From: an uncultured Phycisphaerales bacterium
GTDB taxonomy: Bacteria; Planctomycetota; Phycisphaerae; Tepidisphaerales; Tepidisphaeraceae
Assembly (NCBI GenBank): GCA_963755915.1
Contig: CAVWLP010000002.1
Location: 3,072,001-3,136,000 of the forward strand
Direction of reading: 5' to 3'
DNA length: 64,000 nt
Notes under the pieces: generated by a model
Told to the model about the DNA's origin: nothing
Database searches by the model: none
Seen by the model: the letters and a program-made list of their open reading frames with translations, nothing else
Part shown: in pieces, positions 62,815 through 64,000 of the stretch
Layout: every line of letters begins with the position of its first letter
How positions within the stretch are numbered: the first letter of the stretch is position 1
Program-made: the position numbers and the translations under genes

Positions 62815-63567
62815 TCAGAAATCCGGATGCAAACCCCCTTCATCCCTCCACGGCATGATCGAGGTTTCCATTGCCTTCGTCTCCACCGCCAGCGCTGAGC
62901 AATTCGCGATCAACACCTCCAAAACCTTGTTTGCGACCAGTCGATGCCCGACATCATTCGCATGCACGCCGTCCCGGTGTACGGTCCAATCCGCATCGCG
63001 ATACGAAGCCATGAGATCCACGAACAAACAATCGGTTTTTTCAGCCAGCCCTCCAATCGCCGCGTTGTATTGCCGCGAAAGCTCCGGCGATCCCTTCGCA
63101 AACGCCGGCCCGCCCAGTTGGTAATCCCGAATATGATACAGCCCCAGGAGCACAATCAGCGGCTGAAATTTCTCCCGCACCCTCCCGATGATTTTCTCCA
63201 TCTCCTGGCAATACACCGGAATCGGCGTTCCCCCGCGCATGTCATTTACGCCAAATGCAATCAGCAGCAGATCCGGCACAATCGGATTCCCATTCGCCGT
63301 ATTCGAAAGCACGTGCCTTTCCAGCCGCTCGTCCAGCGACGGCTTCTGGCTCGCAGCATAGGCGGCGCTCTTCGTCGAGATCACATTCCCCCCAATCCCC
63401 ACATTCACCATTTGCACCGGCCCACGTTGAAGTTCGCCGATCATTCCCGCGAGAAGATTGGTCCACCGGCGTTCGCGGCAACTTGCCCAGCCCCCGGCGG
63501 TAATGCTGTCACCCACCGCCACCATTATCCTGAATTCCCGACTCCACCAATCGCGTTTGGCTTGCAT
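62815..63567 (-). CDS. SGNH/GDSL hydrolase
   Basis: VGDSIT, NVGIGG, FGVND and DGVHAN. Confidence 0.9.
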   Translation of the reverse strand: MQAKRDWWSREFRIMVAVGDSITAGGWASCRERRWTNLLAGMIGELQRGPVQMVNVGIGGNVISTKSAAYAASQKPSLDERLERHVLSNTANGNPIVPDLLLIAFGVNDMRGGTPIPVYCQEMEKIIGRVREKFQPLIVLLGLYHIRDYQLGGPAFAKGSPELSRQYNAAIGGLAEKTDCLFVDLMASYRDADWTVHRDGVHANDVGHRLVANKVLEVLIANCSALAVETKAMETSIMPWRDEGGLHPDF

Positions 63568-63639
63568 TTTGCGGTCCTTTTTGATCGTGTGGAAACAGGC
63601 TAACCGAAATCGCATCGCCCGCGTAGAAGAGCGCCCCTC

Positions 63640-64000
63640 TCACCCCTTGGTCGTATGACTTCCCGAATGCGACCTCTTTCCGGATGATCCATCCGGATGC
63701 GACTTGGTATTCTGCTTTTTCTCAAGCCCCGCAAATCTGCGCTCCCTATCGACGAGGATATGGCGAATCATCAGGCTCTCCATCAGATGCGGATCCCGTA
63801 TTGCCAGCACCTCCACCAGCTGCCTGTGCCCAAGCTCGGTAGCCTCAAACGTCTCGGCGTATGGGTCAATCCCATAATCCACGCCGAGCGTCTGTTCCAG
63901 AAGGCGCCTCTTGCGAAAAATCGTCTTGATCAATCGATTAAAGCTCATGTCGACGAAGCATTGATGGAACTCGATTGATATGAGATCGACCGCCCGACGA
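63640..64000 (-). CDS. GntR-family regulator, C-terminal FCD domain (5' end outside the window)
   Basis: D...FH-like segment at the window edge and HRQLVEVLAIRDP...MIRHI, typical of FCD domains. Confidence 0.6.
   Translation of the reverse strand, partial: RRAVDLISIEFHQCFVDMSFNRLIKTIFRKRRLLEQTLGVDYGIDPYAETFEATELGHRQLVEVLAIRDPHLMESLMIRHILVDRERRFAGLEKKQNTKSHPDGSSGKRSHSGSHTTKG

Overview
GC-rich bacterial accessory region, inferred to be from a planctomycete (Phycisphaerae/Tepidisphaerales-like) because it carries a LEPR-XLL-type N-terminal motif, a PEP-CTERM protein, a GDANLDG dockerin-like fragment and Tat sulfatases. Left to right: (1) an IS4-family element; (2) an orphan membrane-protein segment bracketed by two copies of a ~120-150 bp repeat; (3) a SPINDLY-like TPR/GT41 glycosyltransferase, a PEP-CTERM protein, and GH78 and WbsX/GH99-like enzymes; (4) an orphan tRNA-Ala 3' end plus terminator, a likely island att scar; (5) RND pump/TetR/GH3, Crp/Fnr and a REC-HDOD protein; (6) a minimal biosynthetic cassette (stand-alone A-T didomain, P450, Sfp PPTase, GNAT-like protein); (7) a complete group II intron that splits a palindromic REP-like element; (8) an 8-gene co-oriented cluster linking a 1682-aa DUF4347/Ig-repeat surface protein to an output-less PAS membrane protein, two histidine kinases (one with an ethylene-receptor-like domain lacking the Cu-ligand Cys), three CheY-like proteins and a second REC-HDOD protein; (9) tandem sulfatases plus anSME; (10) a back-to-back gene-fragment junction, fdhA and a YdiJ/GlcD-like oxidase; (11) a DeoR sugar operon; (12) an aminotransferase operon with two orphan genes. 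About a dozen small frameshifts in otherwise intact genes look like sequencing errors. All family calls are by-eye motif recognition; no searches were run.
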